A DNA stretch of 64,000 nucleotides. Origin: Callorhinchus milii (taxonomy: Eukaryota). The translations under genes and the position numbers were made by a program. Every line of letters begins with the position of its first letter. Position 1 is the first letter of the stretch. Positions 11,391 to 24,237 of the stretch are shown here, piece after piece. The DNA lies in the NCBI RefSeq assembly GCF_018977255.1, contig NW_024704742.1, positions 84,508,001 to 84,572,000 of the forward strand, read 5' to 3'. The notes under the pieces are model-generated. The model was not told the DNA's origin, did not search any database, and saw only the letters and a list, made by a program, of their open reading frames with translations.

Positions 11391-11800
11391 CCTGGGTGCT
11401 ACCAAGAAGATGCAAGGCTAACTTGAAGATAGACATTTTGCTGAAGATGGAGATTTTAGCACTTTGTTAAATTTGATGCTTGGGGACATTGTTCACCAAA
11501 TACATTCCAAACGTTACACAAACATGTTGTAAAATGCTCCTTCAACATTACTTTGTCATTTCTTTCCAAAGGGTGTTTTTTTTAAAAAAAATTATTGTAT
11601 AGGATTGATCGTATACATACACCTAGGTTAATTTATTGTAATTTTTTTAAAGAAAAGGGAAAATGCTGTTTTCAGTTTGTCCTGTGATGCAGAGATGTCA
11701 AAGGAGTTTATACTGTGTATCTGGAGCAGGGGCAAAACAGATTAATAATAAAAACCTTTAATTGTTTATAGAATAAACAAATTTTGTCCTGGATAATGTA
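11391..11800 (+). terminator. LURAP1L 3' UTR with two AATAAA polyadenylation signals (11747-11752, 11772-11777)
   Basis: AU-rich, repeat-free stretch after the stop codon with two canonical hexamers. Cleavage site not determinable from sequence. Confidence 0.65.
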
Positions 11801-12659
11801 AAGCATGTTTTAAAAATTTGGAACAGTATTCGCAGAAAGCTTTGTGTGGCTGTGCAGGCCTCCATTTGCTGTGGCAGGGCTACAGCTTTGGTTCAGCGTG
11901 TGCAACACGGAACACAAATAAGGCATCCAGCACACATCATCCGGCACAATACACCCTGCACCCAACACATATCACACAGAACCCTGCACATGGTACACGG
12001 CACACGGCACACAGCAGGGTTCCATAACATTCCATAACCAAATGACCAATATTATCGGGGGCTTTATTAACCAGGACATCAAAAGAAACTTCCTTCTCCT
12101 TTCAAATAGTACATGGAATCTTTAATATCCCATGGCATAGCCAGACAGAGAGGGCAAAGGAAAGATCCGATGTCAGTTTGGAAACAGTTTTACCTACTAG
12201 CAAAGTTATTGGAAACTACTGACTGGGTCCGAAGAGGTCCAATGAAAAAAAATACATTGTACTATTGCCTGAAGGGTTCAAATCAGCATCAGGACTTTAG
12301 GATTTATTGTTGGGAGTGTAGAAAGCATGAACTAGGCAAAACCAGATGGAGCTGGACTAGTTTAATGTACAATCAAAGCATCCAAGCCTGATGTGTCCAG
12401 TTTAAAGACCCATCCTGTGAATTTACACCAAACTGGTTTAGAGTTCCTGCATACCCTGAAGGCATCCATATTATATTATTCTGTCAACTCAGTTCATTTC
12501 TTGTTCTTTTGATGCAATAATCACACCTACTTACAAATACATTTTTTCGTGCTGAAGAAAGGTGCTTGTTCAAACATGTGAAGATGTTGCCTCAGTTGAA
12601 TGATGAATAAAGGCACACAGAGAGGCTGGCAAGACTGATCTGGTACAGGGTTGGTGCAT

Positions 12660-13090
12660 GGCTCAAGGAGAGGGAGAGTTGTGACCGAAGTTGACCTGCA
12701 ACATTGCGTTCCAGAACCTTAGCAAGGAAGGGTAGGTTGGAAATGGGCTGGTAGTGTGAGAGATTAGAGGAATCAAGAGTGTTTTTTTTGAGGGGTGTGA
12801 TAAAGCGTTTTTTAGGGGCAGTGGAACAGAGCCTGAGGAGAGAGACTGGTTGACAGTATCGGCCAGCAGGGGGGAGAGGAGGGGGAGTTGTGTGACCAGC
12901 AACTGGGTGGGGAGGGGGTCGAGACAGCAGGTGGTGAACTTCATGCGGGTGATTGTAGTTGAGAGGGAGGAGGTAGAAATGGGAGCAAAGGAGTGTAAGG
13001 AGGGAGGAGTGGCAGGAGCCATGGTGGAGAGAGAAGACGGTGTGGTTGGCCTGGGTGGGGAGGAAGGGGACATAGATGGGGAGGATGACT
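12660..13090 (-). mobile_element. L2 ORF2 fragment (start of RT region)
   Basis: TTCCLDPLPTQLL..LADTVNQSLSSGSVPLPLK is typical of the L2 RT N-terminus. Confidence 0.85.
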
Positions 13091-13344
13091 TTATATAGTG
13101 CCTTTCACATTAGAAGTGCACCTTAAAGAGCTTCACAGGATTTATTGTAAAGTGGGGTGACTGTGCACTTTATAGGCAAACGCTGCAGCCAATTTGTACA
13201 CAGCAATGTCCCACAAACAGCCATGGGATGATTACCCAATTTAATCTGGGGGTTTATTGGTTTGGACACTGGGAGAAACTCTCTTCTCTTTTCAAATTGA
13301 AGTGATGCAGCAAAGTTGCATCCGGTGACAACATATGTAGAAAC

Positions 13345-14770
13345 AGTGGGCAATGAATGATATTCAGAAGGTAGTGGGTTCAAGCCCCACGTCAAGGATA
13401 TCATCAAGCCCCACGATATCTATACTCACACTCCAATGCAGTGCCGGGGGGTGTTGTATGTTCAGATGAAATGTTGGACTGAAGCCCCGTCTGCCTGTTC
13501 AGGTGGACATTTAAGATCCCATAGCAGTACTCAAAAAGAGAAGGGAGTTTCTCTTTCCCACTGTTTTGGCTAACAATCCCCCAAATAAAATTGGTGATTT
13601 ATTCCACGGCTGTTTGTGGAACATTATTTTACACAAAATTAGCTGCCGCGTTAACCCACAGAAAAAACAGTCATTCATTTTACAGTATGTGCTGTGAAGC
13701 TCTTTAGGACATCTTATACGCTCTCTCTCGGTGACATCATCCGCAGACATGGGGTTAACTTCCACATATATACGGATGACACCCAACTCTATCTCTCTGC
13801 CTCCACCCTTGACTCCAGGACCACTGCTGTCCTGACAGAATATCTGTCAGACATCAAGTCCTGGATGAGAGCTAACTTTCTTCAGTTGAAAGTCAACAAG
13901 ACTGAGGCTCCCCTGATTGGCTCCCGTCCGCCCATCCTGACCTAGGACGCTGACGCATCACCATCCATGGTTGCACACTATCCTTTCTACCCCACATTTC
14001 AACTATCCTTTCTACCCCACATCTGTGCCATGACCCGCTCTGCCTTCCCCACCTCTGCAATGTCGCTCGGCACTGACACTGTCTCACACCACAGGCTGCC
14101 GAAACCCTCATACATGCTTTCATTACATCGAGGCTCAACTATGCAAACTCACTGCTTTTCGGCTTCCCCAACTCCTCCCTCCACAGGCTGCAGATAATCC
14201 AAAACTCTGCAGCCCGTGTCCTCTCCCGCACCAAACTCCGTGACCCTATCTCTCCCATCCTTGCCCAACTCCACTGGCTTCCCATCACACAGAGGATACA
14301 GTTCAAGATCCTGGTCCTTACCTTCAAAGCCCTCCATGGTCTTGCTCCCCCCCTATCTCTCCGACCTCCTAACCCCCTACCACCCTGTTTGCTCCCTCCG
14401 CTCAGCGGGCTCTGGGCTGCTTCATGTCCCCGCCTTGCTCACCCCACTATCGGCCGGCGGGCCTTCCGCCACTCTGCACCCACCCTCTGGAACTCCATCC
14501 CACAGTCCCTCCGTCTTGCCCTCTCCCTTGCCACCTTCAAGACCCATCTCAAAACCCTCCTTTTCGACCGTGCTTTTGATCTCCCTGCTTCCCCACCACC
14601 CTCCACCATCCCCCACCCTGACCCCCAGCTCGGATCCATAACTCTGTCTGTCCAGGGTCTTGGGACATCCTCCCGACGTGAAAGGTACTATACAAATGTA
14701 ATTTTGTTGTTGTTGTTGTCTTCCTGACTTGAAAGGCCCTACATCAAATGTAAGGATTATTAGGATTATT
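13345..14770 (+). mobile_element. Deu-SINE (13345-13715 plus 14719-14770) split by a 5'-truncated L2 (13716-14718)
   Basis: SINE stops at ggacatctt. L2 RT follows ([25 protein letters not shown]) and ends in (TTG)n. The SINE resumes tcttcctgacttgaaaggccctacatcaaatgtaaggattatt. TSD tctt. Confidence 0.92.
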
Positions 14771-16049
14771 ATAAAAAGCACAGGTACATGGCAGGGAATG
14801 GAGCTAACCAAATTCTAATCCTATAATAATAATAATCCTTACACTTTATAAAGCGCCTTATCCCATCGTCGAGCCATCTCAAAGCCCTTCACAGGATTTT
14901 ACTGTGAAATGTAGTGACGGTGCATTTGTAGGTGAACCACAATCACAATCAGTACAGTTCAGATTCATTCCAAATCTAGCTGATCTTTGAGCTTTTAATT
15001 TGCCCCTTTAAATTGTTAATTTTCTATTAAGATTTTAACTAGTGAAAAATTTAATTCTACATCACACTCTAGGAAAAGTGAGAGGAAGGGGAGAGCGCAT
15101 CTAACTCTGCCGTGAGGCTATCAGTTTCCTGACATTCAATCCCAGTAGGCTAATGAACGTAAAATATGTCCAAGTAAATAAAGCATCCATTACCATTTGC
15201 CTGGGTGAAGTGACTGTGATCAGCAGAGTAAAGTGGTGATATCTTACATCTGCTCTACATGGGCATTGTTTAGGGATTCACCTCCTACAGAACAGTGCTG
15301 CATAAAAAGCTGCTATGCTAACCCCACAGCAAGAGGAATCACCAAAGGGTGGTTTCCTCATTGTTCCTTTTTCAATTGGGAAGAGCTACTTACCTTGTAT
15401 TACAATAGCAATAGTAACAATAATAACAATAATAATCCTTGCATTTGATATAGCTCCTTATCGTGTTGTTCAGACATCTCAAAGGACTTCACAGAATATT
15501 AAATTAATTAATAAAGCAAATTGACTGTTTATTTTGTGGGTGAAACACAGTGTATAAGCGCTCTTCTCTGTCACTGCTGTTAAACTTTAATCATAAGTAA
15601 TTCAATAAGGATTGGAAATCAGTAAGATAGGACTAGACTAGACACCCTGCAGATATTCCCTGTGACATGTTGAATGGCTTGCTAATTTCCAATAGAGTGA
15701 GTTATTCATTGCTCTCACCAAACCAGGCAATCAGTGAAAAAAATTCCAAGCAGACCTGGGACACAATTCTATATGAGTCTCCTCATAATCCTTGCATTTG
15801 ATATAGCGCCTTATCACATTGTTGAGACGTCTCAAAGCGCTTGACAGATTATATTGTAAAGTGAATTGACTGTGTATTTTGTGGGCGAAGACACGGCAAC
15901 CAATTTATTAATATTGTTTATAAAATTTAATACAACTTATAAAATACTGTTCGGGCTCCGTTTAGGTCATTCCTCCCACCAAATTTGTGACGTATTCTGC
16001 CCTCGGTGATCCAAGAGGAACCAACACCATTCCTGAACTCCAAAGTCAA

Positions 16050-16390
16050 TTTGTTTTTGGGGACCTTATAGGGGTGTGTAAAATTTTATATGGGATTAAC
16101 AATACTTTGTTCATACTATAAATACACTTTATGATGCACGAAAACAGTAGAATGACGACACAGGTTTAGAGTTGCAAAGAGTGAATTCAGGATGTTTGTC
16201 TTTAACCAGAGACTAATGAATGACTGGAACAAGTTACCAGGGAAGGGTGGCTGAGGCCAGGACACTGGAGTCGTTCAAAAACAGCTTGATGCTGTGACAG
16301 GAACGCGGGAGGGTGTGTATTCTGGAGGAATTAGATCAAGTGGGCTAAAAGTGGCTTCGTCACTCAAACTGGTCTTGTGATTCTATGACC
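16050..16390 (+). mobile_element. CR1 3' end fragment
   Basis: GDLIGVCKILYG, FNQRLMNDWNKLP, and terminal tcttgtgattctatga. Confidence 0.75.
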
Positions 16391-18469
16391 TAGACTGTGT
16401 AAAGGGTTACAAATTACAAGAGCATTGGGTAATTTGCTACACCAGGGTTTAAAAATTTAAAATTGATTTTGATTTGCAAATAGTTTCTGCTGCCAGTAAC
16501 TGGGAATGTGTGCCTCTGACCCCCAGGACACTGCTCTGATAATATCCCCTGCCAGAACAAGGTTCCCATGGCTCACCCATGACGTACTCCTGGAGTCTCT
16601 ATCAGGAAATATCAAGCTTTCAACCTCAGTGTTCAACTCCAAGCCTTGAAATAAATAAAGATTTAGGCAGAGTTCAAATTTTTCAGATTTTTGATCTTTT
16701 TTTAAGATCTTCGTGCACTACCATAATCTTTTCCTCTCCTTCCCTTTCTCCATTCCTCTTCCCTCTCTCCCCCAGCCCCCTCCACAAACACGCACACACA
16801 CATGAACTTCCTAACAGAGCCAGACTTGCTCCCCTCCAGGTAAATTTTGTCATTCCTGAATCAACATGAGTTACTGGCAGCAGTCCCAACACAAGCTGCT
16901 ATGGCAACTATGAAATACACACAATAGTTGAATGATGAGGTGTGTTCATGTTCTTAGATTCCATTTACAGGTACGAGGTAAAGAAATGCTGGCTTAATTT
17001 CCTCTTTTCAATACATATTTAAGTGTTGAACAAATATTTCAAAATCTCTTGCAAGATGTTATAATCCAGTTATGATAATGTTGGGCATTCTCCAATTTGG
17101 TACTCAGTTAAAAAGATTGTTTTCTTAATACTGTCAAACTGCAAATTAGAACTTGAGCATTCTGACTTTCTGTACACTAATTATTTGAGGTGTGAAAAAA
17201 CATATCTTATTTTCAAATTGGTCAGGCCAAAGTTATATTTAGTAAATATAACAGTGGAAGGAGTTACTCGGGGGACCAGACAAGAGCTGATGGAGTGGAG
17301 GGAGTGGTTGGGGAAAAGGAGCTCACTGCGGTAGTTTTTTTTTGGTCAGCTAGGTGTTTGACACATACGTGCAGAAAAGCATCATTATGCTTAAGAATAT
17401 CCAAACCAGACTGAGAATTCCAAATATGCCACCTACACATGGAAATTCCTGTTTATGGAATATATTACATGTAGAGATGCGTCCTGCTTTCCTAATTCAA
17501 AATTATTAGGCACAGGTTGGCAAGAGCCAAGAACGTGTGTTGGGGTACTGTTGGAGTCAAACCACCTAAATCGCCAAGCTTTCCCACTGTTTATTATCAT
17601 AGGGGTAAAAATCCCTCAAAAAAAAATTGGTCACTCAATCCATGATTGTTTGTGTGGCACTGCTATATTCAATTGGCTGCGCATTTTGCTCACAAAATGT
17701 ACAGTCAATTCACTTTACAATATATTCTGTGAAGCACTTCGACATGATAAAGCTCTATGTCAAATGCAAAGATTATTATTATTATTACTCATTGAGTAAA
17801 TGTTGCAATTTTGCAGGGTGGAAATGAATTGTATATCGGTCTGAATATTGCACATGTACAAATGCCGTTTTATTCAAATACAGGATGATTTTTCATTACT
17901 ACATTACTCACAAAGTTTCCTGTGTGAAATGTCCATTCTATGTAGGCACATTCCATTGACTCAGGGAGAATCATACTTTCCTACTCTACTGTTGAGGTGA
18001 AAAACAAAGCAGTTTGTCAGTTTGAAAGAAACCTCAATCTATTCATCAATCTCTCTCCTCTTCAATCCCTTCACCACTTCTGTCTACACCCTCTTAATGT
18101 ATCTGACTTATTTGTGATCCAGTGCAGGTTTTTTCAACCTTCTGAATAACTCCTAGACTACACAAAAGGTGCATTTAACCCATCTGAGATACTGCTCTGC
18201 TTTAAGTTCGAGTGACATTTTTTTGGCAAGTGAAAACGTTTTTTTTAAAAAACAGCACTCCCACTTGCCAAGAAGTGAATGCTTCTTCGATATTTTCCCA
18301 GCTGAGGTATAAGACTTAAAGTAACATCATCCTGGATAAGGAATTGAAATGCTATTTTACTAGATATTTAGAAAAAGAGATGCTCATTACAGTCATTCTT
18401 TTAACTCACCTATTTAATCTTGCCAACATTTCCTCTCTTGCGGCTTTGACTTCTTAAATCTCCCTGGCC

Positions 18470-18850
18470 TCTCTCTCAAGCTTTCCGAACCAGTGTGCAA
18501 ATTTGGCATTTGATCCCAGCTTTCCATTCTCCTTTGCATCTGATCACTCACTAAGATTGCCTTGCTTCACCTCCACCATATCACCTGCCTCTGCCCTTAT
18601 CTAACACCCAATGCCACTAAAACACTCAGTAACATCTTTGTCACATTCCACTTAGACTTTTTCAACGCAGTCTTCACTGGTCTCCCTAGCTCCATCATTG
18701 ATAAGATGCAATTCATCAAAGCCTCCACTGTCCACATCCTCACCTACACTCCACATGCCTATTACGATGGTCCTTGCCAGTCAACACTGTCACCCTGTCT
18801 CCCAGCAGATTGATTCCAAGGTTCTCACCCTCACCTACAATTCCCTTGTT
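18470..18850 (+). mobile_element. Old L2 RT C-terminal fragment
   Basis: HLHHITCLCPYLTPNATKTLSNIFVTFHLDFFNAVFTGLP resembles L2 HLRNIARLRP.LT..AAETL.HAFVTSRLDY.N.L..GLP. Confidence 0.8.
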
Positions 18851-18899
18851 TCATGTTCAACCCTGTCCCTGTGAAGCACTCTGAGACATTACCCCACAT

Positions 18900-18945
18900 C
18901 AGTTGTGGCCAACCCGTGACCCGCGGACCACTTCTGGGTCAATAG
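18900..18945 (+). mobile_element. Possible hAT (Charlie-like) DNA transposon terminus
   Basis: cagttgtggccaacccgtgacccgcggaccac resembles CAG.GGTGGCCAAC..GGCCCGCGGGCCAC termini. No convincing partner end found. Confidence 0.35.
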
Positions 18946-19494
18946 GAGAGTTCTGTCTGACTGTACCTGTTCCCGGATCTGTACTAAAATAACTATTTGG
19001 AACACCAACAATGCCACTTTAATGGAGAGTTGTTTTTCTTTGCAGTTGTTTAGAACGCCCGCATTGTGATCTTCGATTAACCCAGGAAAAAAACACTATG
19101 AATAAAAGGAAATCCCTAGTTACAATGGACTGTATTTCACATGCAAATACTTTGAATATTTCAACTGCCTTTCTGAGGGTTGGCCTAGGCTGGCAGTGAA
19201 TTCAGTTACTAACGTATAATATGCACCACATTGTATCTGCTTCTTAAAATCGACATGAAACTAATTTGTCTTGGGAAGTGACATTGCAATCAATTCATAC
19301 CCAGTGGCTAACTACATCGAATCCTAAAAGCTGAGAAGTGTCTATTTAGATACATGCGTTTCATTACTTCTTACAGGCAGGTAACAAGACAGGTTTTGCA
19401 TGGCAATTTTCGTATTGAGATCAATTCAAACTTGCAGACCACCACCAGCCTGAAGTGAAATTTCTCCTTACGTGGTTTTGTCCTGACTATAATA

Positions 19495-20196
19495 TTAATA
19501 ATAATAATAACCCTTGCATTTAATATATGGAGCCTGCTGAGCAGAGGGAGCGGACAGGCTGACAGAGGGTCAGCAGGTCAGAGATGTAGGACGGGGCAAG
19601 GCCATGGAAGGCTTTGAAACTGAGGATGCGGATTTTGAATTCTATCCTCTGAGGGATGGGGAGCCAGTGGAGCCGGGTGAGGGTGGGGGTGATGGAGTCA
19701 CGGAGCCTGGTGAGGGAGATGACACGAGTTGCAGAGTTCTGGATGACCTGCAGCTTCTGGAGGGAAGAGTTGGGGAGGCCGACAAGGAGGGAGATTCCGT
19801 AGTCGAGCCTTGAGGTGACGAATGCATGTATGAGGGGTTTGGCGGCCTGAGGGGTGAGGCAGTGGGGGAGTCGTGCAAAGTTGCAGAGGTGGAGGAAAGC
19901 AGAGCGGGTCATGGCATGGTATGGGGAAGAAAGGACAATTGAAGGTTGAACAAGTTCCCCAGGTTCCTGACTGGCTTGGTGAGGTGGAGTGTTCATCCGT
20001 GGTTGCTGATGCTGCCAGTGCCTGAGGTCCGGAGGCGCTGGGCGAGTCTATCAGGGTAGAACCTTGAAGGTTGAGGTGAGAGGAGGAGGTAGTGGAGGAG
20101 GATGGAGTGATCCATGGTGTTGAAGGCAGCAGAGATTTTGGACTCGAAGATCTCCAGCATCTCCTCACAGTCAGAGCTACAGGAGGTGAGGGTCAC
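19495..20196 (-). mobile_element. Internally deleted L2 ending in a SINE-type (ATT)n terminus
   Basis: Non-contiguous ORF2 pieces (CEEMLEIFESKI / SAAFNTMDHSIL / FVTSRLDY..LHWLPIPQRIEFKI) fused to atattaaatgcaagggttattattatt. Confidence 0.85.
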
Positions 20197-21349
20197 TGGT
20201 TAGGGATCACTGATGAAAATCATGCCTGAATTATTACTCTCTTATCCTGGGAACAGAGATTAGTTAACGGAGAATACTTAATTCTGATAAGAAGTGCAGT
20301 GCCCCTGGGACGTCCAAAAATGACTTTTAATTATTATTCCTCATCTATTTCTTATCTCTTTCTGTTCTCAGCAAAATAAATTGAACATATATTAAGCAAC
20401 CAAAGATTCAGTGATCTCATTCAGAGATTCCTTGTTTTCTATAACACCCCCTGAGGATTGACCATTTGATTTATAGCCTTTGAAAGGATGCCTTAAAACA
20501 TTGCTCCATACTGTCACCTTCCACCAATGTGGCCTCATCCACTTGTATAAATGTTACCTATCGTATCCTCACCATGCATCTGCCAACATGAATTTTAGGA
20601 CAACTCTTAATAAAGAGGCATTAAAGAGCATTTCTATTCCCACTGGAATCCAATGTACTTGATGAAGAAATTGTTTTCCTGGTGTCAGATGCATGTATAT
20701 ACAAATTTTAATTTGTACATACATCTGGCCCAGTAATGGTGATTCCTCATCGATTCTGTCTGGATTAAGAATATAATTTTTAAAAATTTCTTCTAAAATG
20801 AAAGACTTATATGGAACATCTGGGAAATAGAGAATATCATCACTGTGATCATAATTGAATGGTTAGGCCACTGATATGCCTATACACATACTGTATCTAA
20901 TATTCAAATTTCACACTTCATCTCTAATTGATAAGGGAGCTAGTCTACATGTTGAAATTAACAGTGCATACATTGTGAGTAGAAGAAGAGATCAGCACAA
21001 CTGGGCTCACTCGATCATGATCACATTCTGGATGTTCTCTGAGTAGGTACATCTCTGAAGTTGACTGATATCTTCTCCTCAGTTCCTTTGGAAAAATTAG
21101 ATGGATTTACTCTCCCCCCAAAACTTAATGTTATCATTAAGGTAAGTTGTATACCTATGCAATTCTGTGCCTCTTTTATATTTATAGAAACCTCCAGTTC
21201 AGTGCTTTCTGGGCGTTTCAGCCCCCTTCTAGAATCTGCATAGATTGTGACGTGGGAACTAAAATATTTCACCAAAACCATCAACTGATCCATGAAGTTA
21301 GCCTCCTCCCTCAAGAGTTAAACCTACATAACATTGAACAAAAGTGGAG

Positions 21350-22408
21350 TTTTTGATCTTCCAAAATTTTCTGGATTCTGGAACGGTTCCCATTGATTGG
21401 AAGATCACAAACGTAACACCACTATTTAAGAAGGGTGAGAGAGAGAAGATGGGGAACTATAGACCAGTCAGTCTGACATCGGTGATAGGGAAAATTCCAG
21501 GGATCCTTAATTAGGGACGTCGTAGTGGGGTACTTAGAAGACCATAACATGATTAGGCCGAGTCAACATGGCTTTACAAAAGGGAAGTCATGCTTAACAA
21601 ACCTTTTACAGTTTTTTGAGAATATAACTAGTAGTTAGATAGAGGGGAACCAGTAGATGTAGTGTATTTAGATTTTCAGAAGGCATTCGACAAGGTGTCA
21701 CATAAAAGGCTGCTACACAAGATTAGGGCCCATGGAATTAAAGGCAATATATTAGCATGGATCGAAGAGTGGCTAATGGGAAGAAAACAGAGAGTAGGGA
21801 TAAATGGGTCCTTCTCAGATTGGTGGATGTGACTAGTGGAGTGCCACAAGGATCAGTGCTCGGGCCTCAACTATTTACAGTCTATATCAATGATCTAGAC
21901 GAGGACATAGAACATAAAATATCTAAATTCGCGGATGATACTAAGCTAGGTGGGAGAATAAGCTCTGAGGATGATACAAAAAGATTGCAAAGGTATATAG
22001 ATAGGCTAAGTGAGTGGCCAAGAAGGTGGCAGATGGAATATAATGTGGGGAAGTGTGAAGTTATTCACCTAGGTAGTAAAAACAGAAAAGCAGATTATTT
22101 TCTAGAGGGGGACAGACCAGATAGTGTTAGTGTTCAGAGGGATTTGGGTGTCCTTGTACACCAGTCACAAAAAGTTAGTATGCAGGTAGAGCAAGCAACT
22201 AGGAAAGCTAATAGAATTCTCTACCCCAGAAGGCTGTAGATGCTCAGTCCTTGAACATATTCAAGATTGAGATTGATAGATTTCTAAAGGATAGAGGGAT
22301 TAAGGGATATGGGGATAAGGCGGGCAGATGGAGTTAGGTTATTGAATGGTGGGGCAGACTCGATGGGCCAAATGGCCTACTCCTGCTCCTAATTCCTATG
22401 TTTCTATG
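21350..22408 (+). mobile_element. 5'-truncated CR1 LINE with RT domain, internal deletion at about 22215 and 3' tail
   Basis: [59 protein letters not shown] and KFADDTKL motifs; tail ttcctatgtttctatg. Frameshifted. Confidence 0.95.
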
Positions 22409-22653
22409 GAGCAGAAGCTAGAATTCACTCACTTTTGTGTGTTGACCAAATCACGTCGGGATGTGGACCAGAGAAGAAGGTGTAGTTATCCTATCCCAGA
22501 TTACACATCAATCACTCATTACAATGCTATTTTCATTTTTTGCTTTATTTTTGACATATCCACTCAAAGTGCAAAACATTTGCAAACTAGCTGGCCTACT
22601 GTCAGCTCCACTGCTCCAGAAACTGTAGTTTCTTTGTGTTTTTTTCCACTGTT

Positions 22654-22972
22654 TCTCTGCTCAGCGGGTTCCGGCCTACTACACGTGCCCCAGCTCACCC
22701 GCCCCACCATTGGCGGACGAGCTTTTAGCTACTCTGCCTCCACCCTCTGGAATACTTTGCTGCAGTCCCGCAATCCCTCAGCCACGCCCACTCTTTTGCC
22801 TCCTTCAAGACCCTCCTCTTCGACCGTGACTTTGATCACCCTCCTTCTCCCCGTGTCCTCAACCCTCCCCGATCCCAACCCCCAACTTGGGTCCAAAACA
22901 CTGACTGTCCAGCGCCTTAGGACCTCCTCCCGACATGAAAGGCGCTATTCAAATGTAATTTTGTTGTTGCTG
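22654..22972 (+). mobile_element. L2 3' end
   Basis: SAGSGLLHVP..PTIGGRAFS followed by the stem-loop tail and ttgttgttg. Confidence 0.9.
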
Positions 22973-24237
22973 TTTCTGTCTCCAATACCTTTTCTCTATC
23001 ATGTCAAAATGACATTCTCTCGCTGTAAAATGAGCCTTTGCTCTACTCATCCATAGATCCCTACTCTGAAAGTCTTATTTCTGCCACCATTTCATCCCTA
23101 GTGAAACCTGAAATCCTCTTGATACATATCAGTCACGGCCTCTTAGAATAAATGCTGAAGGCAGTGGACCATAGCTGTAAATGTAGGGACATGGATTAAA
23201 TCATATTTCCCAAAAGAGTTGCTATGGGCAATCATTTGTCGACACCAGCTAAAGCGACAGCACTTATGAAATTGCCTTTCTTATCAAATTATCTCACTCA
23301 TAAATTCAGAGTTAGCGTCAGCTACTGCTAAAGAATTTGCTGACTGTCTATTTATATAAAAAATATAATAACCGAGCTATTGTCAGCACATCTGATTCAA
23401 TCACTAAAACATACATATAATAGTAAATATGGAAAAACAGGTTCCACCAGTTTTGAGATAGAATTTTTGACTGAGCTCCTCGGGGATTCACAAGCCTTTT
23501 CTTGTACATTGTATGGTTTAAGCGCAGCCTGGTATTTAGAATTTTAAATGCAAAGAAAGGTCTTGCACCCAGAACTCTACACATTCTATCGACTGGAGGA
23601 AACAAACAAGTTGCCAGTTGTCAGAAATCAACAACAAGAGTGAAATGGGGGGAGAATAACATTTATGGAGGAAGGGGTGAAGAAAAGAAGAGGAGGCTGC
23701 CAGGATTTTAACTAAGACTCCCACATGGCTCATTTCTAACAGCACAAATTCCTCTTTTGTTGCATGAGCAGGGGATACGGACTGGACAAACAATCTGAGA
23801 ATGATGGGAACGTCAGAGCTGAAGTTATGAAAATATTAATAGCTTCAGTGCCAAAGTGAAAGAATTGAAAGAAAGATTTCAGTTTAAAAAAAGGCACATC
23901 TGCTCAGTGAATACACACATCACTGAGATGGAAGGAGTTGTTTCATCCTTGCGGAGTAGTGAGGCCACAACAGCAGCAGAGTGGACTTACGGCCCTCAGA
24001 GCTGCAGGGATGAAATGCAGATGTTTGACTTCGCCAAAGACAAAGAGGGGTTTTCTCTCAGCTCCTGAATCTAGAAAATGTTGAAAAGATTTTTTTTAGC
24101 ACAGAATAGGCTAATTCACTGTAAAAAAAAAATCAGGGTCCTTTCCCCATTCCTGGCTATTGGTAGTGCTGAGCTTCCACCAAGGAATCAACTCGAGGTC
24201 AATCCTCTTTACAGTATATTCTGTGAAGTGCTTTGAG

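Noticed and set aside
2956..14718. Inverted repeats driving circRNA formation of the LURAP1L exon
   Set aside because: The enclosed exon appears terminal, with no identified donor for back-splicing, and the distal repeat lies beyond the poly(A) signals.
22346..23056. 236-aa ORF
   Set aside because: Chance read-through of a CR1 tail, unique DNA and an L2 3' end; no coherent domain.
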